Shown: in pieces, positions 49,656 through 62,300 of the stretch
Layout: the number at the start of each line of letters is the position of its first letter
Numbering within the stretch: position 1 is the first letter of the stretch
Source: Fimbriosthenelais zetlandica
Lineage: Eukaryota
Assembly: GCA_977030845.1 (NCBI GenBank)
Contig: OZ365113.1
Coordinates: forward strand, 22,320,001-22,384,000
DNA: 64,000 nt
Reading direction: 5' to 3'
Translations under genes and position numbers: made by a program
Notes under the pieces: model-generated
Told to the model about the DNA's origin: nothing
Databases searched by the model: none
What the model saw: the letters and a program-made list of their open reading frames with translations, nothing else

Positions 49656-49830
49656 TGAGAGGAGAGACTGAGCAGAGAGGAAAAGACAAGGAGAGAAGGA
49701 GACAGTGAGGATAGCGACAGATAAAGGGATGTATAGAGACAGAGGGAAGTAGGAGCCATATTCAGAAAAGGAGAGACAGACAGAGGCAGACAGGCAGAGA
49801 ACTAGAGAGAACCTAGACTGAGATTGAGGG
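49440..49830. repeat. GA-rich tract with perfect (AG)30 at 49593-49652
   Basis: Direct count. Confidence 0.95.
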
Positions 49831-51244
49831 CATCAATAAGCAGGATTAGGGGTCTGATGTTTTATACCATGCTGTCTGGGACCCACTTCTCCACCAACAG
49901 AGCTCACATCTCCAGCTTCTCCTGCTGTTTCAACACAGCAGCCTTGGTTTAAATTGAACCATCATTCCCCTCCACCGATATTGCTAATTCTGCACACAAA
50001 AAGTAGGTCTAATCCCCCCTCCATGAGAGGATTGTATAGACTGTAACGATCCCCATACCATAGAACAAACTGAGAGGCATGACTTGCCTTTTACATGCCT
50101 CTCACCGCTGTCAATGCGGGACATGGCTGGTCTTCTACATGCCTCTAGATAACCAGGGACCAAGGGAGCTGTTCTGTTACAGTTAGCAGCACTGGGGAGA
50201 AGGGCAATGCCCAATTGCCAATGGGGAATCTTTGGGAATTAAACCTAATACCTTCCACCTGCTAGTGGAACACAGAACTGGTAGATCCATTGCCCAACCC
50301 CGCTCGGTAATCAATTCAAACAAACTTGATTTTGAGGCTTATTTCAAACAGAGACGTTTCTCCAATGTAGTAAGAAATGCAGGGATATGTCAGTGTTTAA
50401 AAAAGAATAGTATGGAAATACCTCACATTGCCATTCTGCTGGCGTTTCTATTATAGTTTTACTAATGTATCTAGATGTTTGTATAAATCACAAATGCCTA
50501 GGCAAGCATTGCTTGTCATCCTTTCAATTCACTATATTGTAAGATTCCTTTTAAAATGTCATTCCTTCTCGTCTGCTCCTAAGTGTAGATGGCAGAATAG
50601 CATTTCACAAGTTTTCCAAAGTTCTTCAGACTATCAGAAATATGTAAGATATATTATTTCTCAATGACAGTCACTTTACATATATATGGAACCTCACAGA
50701 ATAAGATTTGTCAGAGCTATCTCTGTTGAAATCAAAATTGTGAAAGGAAGATAAAATGAAAAGCTTTTAATTTAACTGCCATCCACTTCCAAATATTATT
50801 TTGACAATTCGCCGTAGGAGTTCAGATATTGATGGAAATATTTAGATATTTAATGATCACTGACTATGTTTATTACTTAGAAATGTATTTTATTTCCAAC
50901 AGAGACAATGCTACGTAATTTAAATTTTGTCGTGTAACTTTGCTGAATCATAACATTTTAAAAATATGGCGTAAAACATTGTTTTAGACATAGTCTGATA
51001 TATTAAAAGTAAAGCAGAATTATATTTTAGATTATAAGTATGTTAGTGCTTATCCCTCCAATGTTTATAAAGATAAAGTTAGGATTGAATTAATGCTCGT
51101 CGGGATTGGCTGGCCTAGTTTCTCATCCTCACTCTGTCTATTGTTTCATGCCACTCATGTAAACACACGAGGCCTCCAGGTGCTGCGGCCAAGCAAAACA
51201 AACCTTTGTTTCCCCTCACACTTAGGACAAATATTGGCTGGAGG

Positions 51245-51360
51245 TGGGAGAGAGAGGGGAGGCAGAGAGAGAGAGAGGAAGAGAGTATGAGAGAGAGAAC
51301 GAGGGAGAGCGAGAGTGAAGAGAGGGAGGGAGAGAGAGAGGAGGAGTGAGAGAAGGAGAG
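51245..51360. repeat. GA-rich low-complexity tract
   Basis: Direct inspection. Confidence 0.9.
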
Positions 51361-54300
51361 AATTGCGTAAAATGCGTGAAATAAAAAATATATGTCCCTT
51401 TAAGCTGAGCGTTTTCGTATCCATCCATAAACAATTGACATTGGGCCCTGGGGCTGTCAATATTGCCCATAAGTATTTAACATTGAATTGTCCATTGACC
51501 ATAAGCAATTGCCGTCAGGATGTCAATTGACGTTGGGCTGTCAATTGCCCATTTATAACCAATTGACAGCCATGAGCGACGTTGGGATGTCAATAATATT
51601 ATTGTCGGCCGAAATGACGTATTATATGTAAAGCAAACAGTGAACTTGGGGCTTAAATTTAATGCTCATTCAAGAAAAAAGTGCTACTCTTTATGTTCAA
51701 CTTCGGCCTCGTGCAGTTCTCCTGTTTCTGCACAGGAAAAGAATGCCAGTGAAATATGCCGGGTCAAATGCTTTACTTATGACCTTCTATGGTTAAAAAT
51801 TAGATGAGTCATATTGTCTGAGCATCTCTAGTCAAAACAAGCTCATTGGAGAAAAGGAAAGAGCAGGAAGACGAAGAAGTCTGCATAAATAAGAAGATCA
51901 TAAATCTGTGGTAAAGAGAGACTAGGGATTTGCTTGTATATACTTGACACTAGCAACATTGGCCATACAGCCCCAGACCGCAGACCCCAGGGCTCGCTCG
52001 CCCATACTCTCTACCAATCACTCTACTGTCTAGATCACTGTAGTCCTTGTATTGTTAGCTTCAGACATGTTAAATTGAACACAAGCTGGCGTAGAGTATA
52101 ATGGAGGAATAAATCAGTTTTTACATGTAAGGGAGATGTAAATTGGCTATGAAGTATAGTATTTTAAGGTATTTTTTATACAGCTCTCTCCTTAACGTGT
52201 GCTCAGGGACAATAAGTCCTAGAAATTAGAGTGGGAATCCAATTCCGAATGTTTCGCATATATATGACCCATTCCTACTGTACATAACACCATCAGCAAC
52301 CTGTACACAGAAACATATTTGTTCAGAACATTTTAGTTAATTCTCCTTAATAGCCAAGGTATAGGTACTCAGTGTAGTCCATAACTCACATTGCATAATC
52401 TTGATTTTCAAGTGACCAGCATGCATAATCTGACAAGATTGGGTTAAGCTTCCCATATTCTTCAGGCCGTTAGCTTGAAAACTAATCTACAGTGCTCAGT
52501 GGGGTCCTAGCTTAATGACTGCTTTTCACAAAAATGCTTTAGCCTATGGTTGTACAATGAACTAAATATATGCTGGCTGCATATATGCAAAAGACATTAT
52601 GTTTGTTTTCAATCCTCTCCCCCCTGCGATCTTTGCCATGTACTATTTTGCAACATGTATTGCATCACAGATCACCGTGGAGATCCTGCCTTAAAGATGG
52701 CAAATAATGACACAACACTTTTTAGGAATTAAATTTGAATATTATGTCTCTTATCTTATCCCTCTGTAATGACCCATTTGTATATGAATTAGGCATATAT
52801 ATGGCACATCAATACATTTGTAATGTGTTATCGGATTTGTTTTCTGGTGGATCATCAGCTCTGTCCACTATCTACGCCTGTCTGATTAGACTAATCGATA
52901 ATCAATTATTGGTTACATAAGCCTGGTCACGCATGCGTGTTGACGATGTGAGAGAGGGGGTACATTTGCTGATCGACGTCTGGGGGCGCTTGGTAGAAGT
53001 GGAAGGACGGATTGATCAGGTCTCGCTGGGGGCGAATGTCTATGGCAGTATGGGTAAGGCCAAGTATATGGAGTGTTCTTGATGGAATCATAGAATGAAG
53101 CATTTGAGGATTTTACAAAACGCCCAAGATCTTGAAAATTATAGGAAGGGATGTATGGAGTTTGTATACAATATCATGTATGGATGTGAGTTCTATAATA
53201 TCAGATTTATGCCTTATATCCTGATAAAATCCTTGATAAAATATTATTATTATTTGTATTTGGAAATGAACGTGTCTGACTGTAACAAAGGAAACCTGTG
53301 GAATAAGTAGGGGACATAGAATAGTCTTTGAAAGTGTATAAGGGGGTGTGGTGGGCAAACTGGATTTTTTTCCTGAATAGAAAATGTGTGTCGGGTTGGA
53401 GGGGCGAAGGGGAAACAGATGGACCCTTTGATTTAATGGACCATGGAATCTTGTGCAGCCCCTTTCCTACGCTACTGTTGAAGTGAAAACTGTCTTATTC
53501 CAAAAGACTTAGAAACAGAGGTAGAAATCTGTTGGCCTCAACAGAGGTAGTATATGGATTGAGGGGAGAGATGGGACTTGTTTAAGTAAAATGGTGTTTT
53601 AAGCGGTCTATATCCGTGCTGGGCTCAGCCCCGGGCATTATCGAGCTCAGATCCATCTATATGACCTGCTTCCATGAAAAGAGAAATGTACTATAAGGGG
53701 TGTTTCTACATTTTCTACATTGCTACACTTGTAGAGTGTTCAATGCTTTGGTTTTAAATAGTAGTTCAACTGTTGGACTGTATGTTTCCTAAAATTTAAT
53801 ATCTGAGGTTGGTCAGAGTGCCTAATTCCTGCCTCAGGCTTCAAAGCTGAATAGTCATGAAACTATTTTGAAAGGCATTCGAGGTTTGCTTTATATATAA
53901 CCAACCGTGGCTTATATAATGTGAAGCTATAATATAGTACATGTATAGACCAGAGATGCCCTGCCATTTCTATCCGCAGATTGAAGACCAATTTCCATAA
54001 CCTTACAGTGTTGGACACTTTTTTCCCACAGTTAATTATTTCTAGAATCTGTACTGGTATTAAATAAACATCAGTAGTATTTACTCCCATAATAGCCTGA
54101 TAATAAACACATTTATTCGTTCTCTCAGAGTCCTTAGGAGATTCCAGGAAACCTCGTGGTGGCAAATTAGAAAGCTCTGCCTTGTCTACTATTGTAAAAT
54201 AAATGACATGGCCCACCATATGCAATGATGGGAGGAGGAAGGGTCCCGCTGGGGCGGACTGGGGGCTGGTGAGTTGGTAATTTTAGGATTATCACATACA

Positions 54301-54642
54301 AGAAGGCCTGTCAGAACCTGTTTTCCCAGCCCCCAGTGCTTGTTATACGAGGGTATAATCTATTTGTTGCAAAACATGAAACATTCATATGGGTGCTTGT
54401 TGTTCTTTCTTTTTGGATAAACAAGCCTGGGGACAGCCGAGCGGTAACGTTGGATGGGGAGAGGGTTGAAATGATTGAGTTCATTTTAGATGGCAGGAGG
54501 AAATAGAGGGTGGGAGAAGGGGTGCGGAGTAGGAAAGAGAGGTAGGAGGGTGGAGGAAGGAAAGGAGTATATTTATAGGAAGAGGAAAGGCAGATAGCTG
54601 TCAAACATAAAAAAATAGAGGGAGAGAAAGGGGGAGCAGAGA

Positions 54643-54805
54643 NNNNNNNNNNNNNNNNNNNNNNNNNNNNNNNNNNNNNNNNNNNNNNNNNNNNNNNNNN
54701 NNNNNNNNNNNNNNNNNNNNNNNNNNNNNNNNNNNNNNNNNNNNNNNNNNNNNNNNNNNNNNNNNNNNNNNNNNNNNNNNNNNNNNNNNNNNNNNNNNNN
54801 NNNNN
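54643..54805. other. Assembly gap (163 N) flanked by GA-rich sequence
   Basis: N run; both flanks are GAGA-rich, suggesting an unresolved microsatellite. Confidence 0.99.
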
Positions 54806-55374
54806 GAGAGGAGGGAAAGAGAGGGAAATATAGGTAGAATAGAATGAGGGATTTGAGGGGGAAATTTTGATCTGCAGGTGAACACAGAAAGTGTCTGAGA
54901 GAGAAGGAAGGAATAACACATAATAAAAGAGAAAACCATGGAACAAATCCTGTTTCTTTGTACAAAACTTCACCCAACAAACTGAAACCACAATTTCCCC
55001 CAAATTGAAAAGTCACCCATCACATTCATTAGCCGAAATATTTCACTCTGATTTTCTGTTTCTGGACACAAAACATGGTTCCACCTCTCCACGGTGTTCC
55101 GGCATTATGTTTAATCACTTTAGGATCTTTGTTGACGGAGAATGGGGGTAATTTGAGGTAATGGCGGACACAATGAGGTGATCGCATGTAACTGGACCAT
55201 TCTCCGCCCAGGAAGCAGCTACCAGCTTGCGTGCGCGGGGGTGTTTAAAGGCATTACCCCAGACAATCAAGCATGAAATGAATAAACATGGAAGTCATCC
55301 AGGAATTTAATACATACATAATTTCCCTAATTTTCAATTTAATTATATCATCTAGACCTATATCTATACATCAT

Positions 55375-55578
55375 CTATTTTTTTGTTTTCAATTCGCCAT
55401 TGGAATCCCTCGTGGGACTGATGCGTTTCCGTGCAAAATCAGTGCTAGTTTTAAAACTTACATGTGTAAAAGCCATTAAATTTGTGGAATGGGCAGCAAA
55501 ATCTTTTCTGACGTTATGGTATAAAATAGTGGTTGGTTTCTTGGCTGCAATAGGAATATGTCGTGCATCAAGAGTCAA
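55375..55578 (-). mobile_element. Possible LINE RT remnant
   Basis: HIPIAAKKP...KDFAAHSTNLMAFTHV loosely follows IIPVPKKP...NDFRPVALTS..MK.FE. Confidence 0.25.
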
Positions 55579-56014
55579 ATCTGTAGGTCAGTTGTCCCAT
55601 TAAATGTAGGAATTCATAACTAATCACTTCATTTAGTGACTTGGACTTTTCATGAGAAAAACATGTCTAAAAATGTTAAACAAAGAAGGTAAATGTCCTT
55701 CTCAAACCACTGAAGTCTCTTGGCCCTTTTCGGAGACCATTATGAAAGGTTCCTGCGCCAAAACAGCTATGTATTTCATATGCGTCATTCTTTATAATAG
55801 TATACAGTTTAAAGCTCATGGGATAGTTAGGAAAAGGTCTTGTGAATCTCCACAACCAAAATGTCTCTGTGTGTCTCGAAAGGACCCCATGTTGCAAATC
55901 ACTACAAAGGAATATGGACACCTGCATTGCTAAATTCCACAATCGAAAAAGCCCGTCGATCCCTCTTTTGGCTCTGCAGACCCTTTCATCAAATATAACT
56001 ATTGAAAATGAAGT

Positions 56015-56062
56015 CAGGGGCCTGTTTCATAAATATAGGCTAAATCATGAAATAAGCCCCTG
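56015..56062. mobile_element. 48-bp Harbinger-type mini hairpin
   Basis: CAGGGGCCTGTTTCAT ... ATGAAATAAGCCCCTG, inverted repeat matching at 14/16. Confidence 0.5.
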
Positions 56063-57432
56063 CAGTAGTACTAGAGGCGATGTGTTTAGCTTGTAAGGCC
56101 ATTTTATAGGTTGGTTTTATTTTAAGCCTCATATAAGGCTATACACCCATCTGGCCAGTGTCCAATCCACCCATCTTATACCAGGTCCTCCACTGCCCAC
56201 ACCCCGTCTCCTCCCCTCAGCCAGAGTAACTTATGGCCGCTGTAATGGGGTTCTTTACAACACAAAAGGCCATGTTCCATCTAATGGGATAAATAAGTGC
56301 TCCTTGCTCACAGCTGAGACCGCGGCATGGCCAGGGATCACACAGAACCGTGGCTGTTTGTCGGGCGGGAGAACCAGCGTTTTCTGGCCAAGCCAACCTA
56401 TATAAAACCTGACAAATTGGAGGGATCATCACCATCATTTGGCATGTCAAACCCAAACCTTCCTTCCCTATACAAAGGTGCTTTACGGCCTAGTTTGTCA
56501 TTGGTCCGCCTTTTTCTTATCCTGCTTGAATTATAGGTGGGTATACTCGATGCCAGCTATTGAGAAAATGCCATAAAAGGATTTCTCTACTGAATTGGAG
56601 GTGTTCTGGTATGGAATTAAAGGGACGTAGAGTATAGGGGATGGGTAGGTGGTGGATGGAAGGATTGGTGAAAAAGGGTATGGAAAAAGTGCATAGATGC
56701 ACATTGAGGGGGTATGTGAGTAGTATATAAAAATAGTGCACTACTGCATGTGGAATGAGCATGTGAGTAGTATATGGAAACAGGCCATTATTGAACGTGG
56801 AAAAAACTTATTACACTGCACATAAATGTGCATTTGGTGGGCCTATACCTCTATGCGATTATGGAGACATAGTATATGTTTCTTTGCTTGTATGCATATT
56901 AAGCCTTTCATAGGCTAATTTTGTGAGTGAATCGTTTTGATTCTACTACAGAATACAAGGCACCCTGAATGTGCTACTTTGTTGTGAGAAGTATATGAAA
57001 ATGTTGATACGCCTCGGGTTTGGATTGCTTTTAAAGCTTGAAATTGGTTATTGAAAGTTTGAAATTATACTATTTATATCATGTTGAAGTTATGCATCCC
57101 TATAGATTAGATAAAGTAATGGTCAGAATGAAAAGCAATGATGAATAGTATTCAGAAGTAGCTATGGGAGATCGAATAAAATTAAGAAATTGTTGAAAAG
57201 CGACAGGAAAGAATTAGCAGATTCATTGGAGCTAATGACTTGTCGCCATTAAATGCCTGTAAAGGCCATTTGCTGGTTTTTCTCGTCACCATGTTATCTC
57301 CCCTTTCTTTATCGACCCCGTCTAGATTTGACTTCATTAGCACGACTTTAATCATTACAAGCTGCTAACGAGCCATATTACCTCACTAGTCAAAACTCTC
57401 ATTTACCTCTGTGAAATAGGCTCCTTAATTAA

Positions 57433-57640
57433 AGCGACACTAGCACTTATCAGCGATTTCTGTAAGTTTGACCCAGACACCTACTGCTAGGCCGGATATT
57501 AAATTAGACATTGAATTCAAAAATTTGTATTTGCCATCTTGGCTTTCACCCTTGTAGCATCTCAAAGATTAGAACAGTTGAGCAGAATTGACCTAAATGT
57601 CCGGCATTCTGTACAAGGAAGTAGTCGTTGATGGACTAAA
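57433..57640 (+). mobile_element. TTAA-MITE family copy 4, degenerate
   Basis: TTAA|AGCGACACTAGCACTTATC; TTTGACCCAGA and CTGTACAAGG motifs are shared with copies 2 and 5; the right end is eroded. Confidence 0.45.
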
Positions 57641-59865
57641 AGTACCTCCCAATGGCAATGACAATGTTGGTTTTAGCCTAATATATTATAAAGCATAACA
57701 CATATTAAGCTTTGCAATGCAGGGATTGCGAGTGTCATAAAAGGTATTGTTGAAAGGCAAGGCGCATATCACATTTCATTGTGCACACTGCGTCTATTTC
57801 CATCCACAGATTAAACCAACTGAGATTACAATACTTGTACAATTATACTCTTTTAATACTCTACATGATGATTTCTATTGAAATATTTTTCACTCATAAT
57901 TGTCGCATCTTTGCTAGCCTTGTCATTCTTGTCATTCAGCTTGTGAACATATAGCACGTTGTATTTCAGAACAATTATGATTGTCTAATATAAAGAAAAT
58001 AATGTTGAACATTTTAACAGGATGTTCAAATGAATGAAGAATTATATTTCCACTGAAAAGATTGGCAAAGTTATGCCATTGGAATTGTACATTACATACA
58101 AAATGGAAATTTCCACTGAGCGATAATAGGGGCTGGGAACATTAATGATAGACCTGTGATAATGATTTCCAGCTATCACTGTCATATAATGGTGTAATTA
58201 TCCATGTATGAGACTACAATTACTCACATACAATATCCCAATACAAGATCAATTGCTCTGCAGGTGAGGCATTATTAGATATACTTTTTTAGGCGAAATT
58301 AGGCGCATACAGGTAGAGTAATAGTGGGTAATGACAATCTTAAAAATATATTCCTACAATTATTTAGATACATATTGTATTATTTGTAAAGTTATTTCTT
58401 TTATTACATAGGTTAATTATGTATTTAGAATTATTATAATTATTTGCATAGAAGTCAAGCATAAAGGAAAGCATAATATCTTGACATAAATTCATGAAGG
58501 TATAAAACTGAAGCCGAAAACCTCTTTGGATGGTATGGAATGAATTAGGCCAGTAGCTTGGCATAAAATAAGCCAAAAAAATGAAAAAAAGTGGAGAAAA
58601 AAAGTCTGATGGGAGACGGGGAGTTTGTCCACGTCAGTAAGGGGAGGGATCGATCATTTATCCACTCCAACTCTCATCCTCTCCTCTCTCTCCTCACTTG
58701 AAAGCTTGGATAACAAAGCCTGCCAAACCCACGACTGACGCCCGGGGCAGGTTTCAGGAGAAATAGTAAACCTTATACATAACATTGCTTAATTTAGCGC
58801 ATAATTTGGCTGAGATTGAAGCCCAGGGATTAGTTTCAGAAGCGATATGTGTACATAAAAAAATCCCTGCATAAAGTGACGACTTTCAAGGACAATATGC
58901 TGAGCATTAGTCCCTATTGGCTAGCGTTAGTCTTATTTATGCTGGAACAGACGCTTACGTGAATCTCCAGGTGCTGTTTAAGAATAAATATGTAGAGTAT
59001 TGGAACATAGGTAACTTCCGTTGGTTAAAGTATTTGTTTTGAAACCGACCCCTGATGCCAGATGAACAACTGATGCTCCTATCTCAAATCTTATCATTGA
59101 AACCTTTATCATTTCCTCATACCCCTAAGAAATGTCCTCTCTTCATTTCTTATTAAGTGTTGCATAAAATTCAGGCTTTGTATAACCATAAATTAAAGCA
59201 TTGTTAAACAATGCTCAGAATAACCCGGCTTCAAAACATTAATTCCCACCCCCGAAACACTTAAAACATTCACAAATTATGTAGGCCTATTTTTCTCACT
59301 TAAATCAAGTCAAAAGTAGAAATAAACACAGTTTTTGTAGGCCCTACTTAAACCTGGGGAAAGGAATGGATGATGAAAGGCTGAATCATGGCCATGGCCT
59401 CCTTCAGTTCCATTCTGTCATTCATTCTCGTAAAAGTGTGATTGACATGCACTTATTAACCGAGCACGTCAAGATGGCGGCACTCACCCATCTCCACGTA
59501 CCTGTACCCTTAAACACTGACTCTTTATTACCCTATTACTGGGTTATAGGCTCCTCACGTCATAAAGTGGGTACATCCTTCCCAATACAATATTACTGAG
59601 TAGGCTTTATGGGTGCTTATACCCTGATGAGGTTATATGTTAATTATACTGCAGTTACATATAGAATACATGACATTGTTTCCGTATTATATATGGACCC
59701 CTTTTAATTGTTTGATTCTAGGTTCAAACTATAATATTTTATCTAAATAAGTGCTTCCCCATTTTCTGCTGGTGCTGATGATTTATAATGTTGTCTTCTA
59801 TGCAACAGATATTTCTCAGGTAGGCCTACACTATAGTGAATTCACTAGTGCTCCCTACCTTCCCA

Positions 59866-59916
59866 CCCTCATCCAGCCATCTCCCCTCATCCCGCCATCT
59901 CCCCTCATCCAGGCAT
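59866..59916. repeat. 18-bp repeat x3
   Basis: CCCTCATCCAGCCATCTC-type units at 59866, 59884 and 59902. Confidence 0.8.
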
Positions 59917-61382
59917 GCCTCCTTCCACCATCCCTGCTCTCATGCCTGTTAAAACACCACTCTACCTGATGCTCCAACCTTTTACTTCCCAACAAAACCC
60001 CACCTGCCGCCGACCGTCACTAATTCTACCAGCTACACTATACCTTTAATATGGTAATAGGGCCACATCCGGCGGAAAAACCTACAGCATTGTGCTCTTT
60101 AAAATACAAACTTGTTCCCCTTTGTTCCTTCGGTAACGTTGCAACTTCCAAGTTGTTTTGTGACAACTTTCGGGGAAATCGGACATGTACATGTTCCCTT
60201 CAAGGGACATTATTCTATTGTATAGCTTTGCATTAATTGTTTAAGTGAGAAGTGATTTGCCTGACCATTGGGTGGTTTTAGCTCCCTTCTGGGCTGGAGT
60301 TTGCCTGATGCAATCGAAAAAGTGATGAAACTTGCATTCTAATGGTTTTTCCTAAGCACATAAAGTTGGGTATAGGGCTGAGTTATCGGTGGAATCTTGC
60401 TTGGAATCACAAGAGGATCCTAGATATATACTTGAACGAATATTTAGGACAATTAGTACATAATTGTACCTTAATGTATGAATTCTTTTATTGTAAAGAA
60501 GGTTATTTCATTAAAGTAGAAACAGAAGAAAAAGAGAACAAAATGAAAGCTGACATTGAAAATACATTGTAAAATGTAATTGGTATAAATAAAAAGCTTT
60601 CAAACTTAAAAAAAAGAAAAAAAAGCATAGTATGGCCAGACAAGTGATTTATCATGTTTGAATGGACCCCCCCCCCCCCACCCCACATCTTCCCCTTAAT
60701 GAATCCCCTCTTTTAATGTCTTAACACAAGATGAAAACATCCCCAATCCTTCACGGCCACCTTTCTTATGCACCCCAGCCTTTTTCCCCAAACAAAAATC
60801 AAGCAAAAATCTGTTGAGCTTTTTAAGCTTTTTTTCATCGCATTAAGCCGACTAAGTTTAGCTGTTGGCAGCGCTCTCTCCTAGGCTAGTGTCCCTGGGA
60901 GAGATGAAGAAACCATCAATAATTTCCTCAAGGCTTTGTCCCATGGTTCCAGATATATGGCCAGCTTGCTATGGACTTAGCTAAGGCTTTTCCTCGGGCC
61001 TTTTAAGTGTTGGCAAAGGGCAAGGGGAGTCTGGCGGAGGGTTCTCAGTGTGCCATAGTGGCCTACACCCAGTGGGGAATGCTCCAATATCATCTATCTT
61101 TTAACAGGGAAGGGCAAGTGGTAGGAAATGGGCCGGAGGGGGAGGTGTCTGGCCGGATCATAACACTGGTTTATAAGGAGAGGGGAGGGGTGGAGATGGT
61201 GTGAGGGACTGCAGTATTTCCACCCATAACGGACATGGGAACCCTTTACTGTAGTCCATATGACTAAGGCAAACTGGTGCTCCACAGCTTCTTATGACCT
61301 GTTGGATCTGGGTTCGACATAACTGCATGAGCTTTCCTTATACAGTGGAGTCTCATTTAAAGCCACCACTAAAACGACCATC

Positions 61383-61473
61383 TATAGTCTGTTCAAATTG
61401 ATCTGAAACCACCATACATTCCACCATACATTTGTACTGTGGTTTCGGGTCAGCTTAGTCTGGACAGACTGTA
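61383..61473 (-). mobile_element. Second, diverged and inverted copy of the TA-flanked hairpin MITE at 2150
   Basis: TATAGTCTGTTC..TTGATCTGAAAC-CACCATACATT(dup)TGTACTGTG-GTTTCGGGTCAGCTTAG..GACAGACTGTA; the spacer matches the reverse complement of the 2180-2199 spacer. Confidence 0.8.
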
Positions 61474-62029
61474 ATTGGTCTGTACCAAATGTACTAAACT
61501 AACCACCATCTTCCCATGCGACGACCGGAATTGTCAGTACCCAATGTATTAAAGTCACCATATCACAGAAGGCAATGTAGTAATGCACATAGAAAGAGCC
61601 CCCAGCTGAAAATCATACGAAAACTTGAGTAATCAAGAGTCTGAGCTGGTATTCACCCATAAGAGGCTCTATAAAAATTCTAACTAAAAAACAAGTTAGA
61701 ACCTAATAATAATGTATTGCCCCTTGCTAAAATGACCATCTTGCTCCAACCACAAGCATTCAGTTTAGTGCTCAGTTTGGTCGCATTATTGAGTTCCCAC
61801 TGTATTATCGACCACTCACTGTTATTGTTTAACATATCGACCACATTGTTTAATCACCATACAGAGTTTAGCATATTAATGATGGCCTACCTCCTGCCTA
61901 GACCAACTAAAGCTGATAGTATGTGAGAGAAATGTAGGAGAAACAAAGGCGAACCATTGCTGCCTGGGACTGGGGGACCACCGTGTGCTTTGTGGAAATC
62001 CCTGTAGTTTGTATGCCCACTACACACAA

Positions 62030-62300
62030 CTCCCACTACAATCCATTGTTGTCCCCTACAAAGAATTCGGCCAACGAGTCCATGAAAATAAATAGCCCAA
62101 ACCCAAAGCAATTAGCCAAAAAAACACAAAGAATCTTGTGGTATTTCTGCTCATGACGACTATGAATGATTGCATTTTCACATTTTTCTCGATATAATGG
62201 AATACCTAATTTCCTGGCCATTTCCACTGGTGCTAAATGACCTGCAGAATCCCCTTCTACCCACTTTACCTCCTGGGGTTTTCGCTTCCCTTCCCTTTAT
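62030..62300 (-). mobile_element. Possible DIRS-type RT remnant
   Basis: NAIIHSRHEQKYHKILCVF..CFGFG loosely resembles DAYFHIPIH.EH.KYLRF...LPFGL. Confidence 0.2.

Noticed and set aside
49984-50214. SVCSMVWGS as a Tc1 transposase 'SVMVWG' motif
   Set aside because: A single short motif with no DDE context or TIRs; insufficient.
54311-55016. 230-, 147- and 112-aa ORFs
   Set aside because: Open only because they run through the 163-N gap and CT-rich sequence.
59821-59850. Vector-like string CACTATAGTGAATTCACTAGTG (SP6/EcoRI/SpeI look-alike; a chain of four palindromes)
   Set aside because: Only ~13 bp matches a pGEM-T-type polylinker and the flanking NotI sequence is absent; most likely chance.
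60944-60952. TGGTTCCAG (WFQ) as a homeobox helix 3
   Set aside because: Followed by I, not NRR; the upstream residues do not fit a homeodomain. No homeobox was found in the window.
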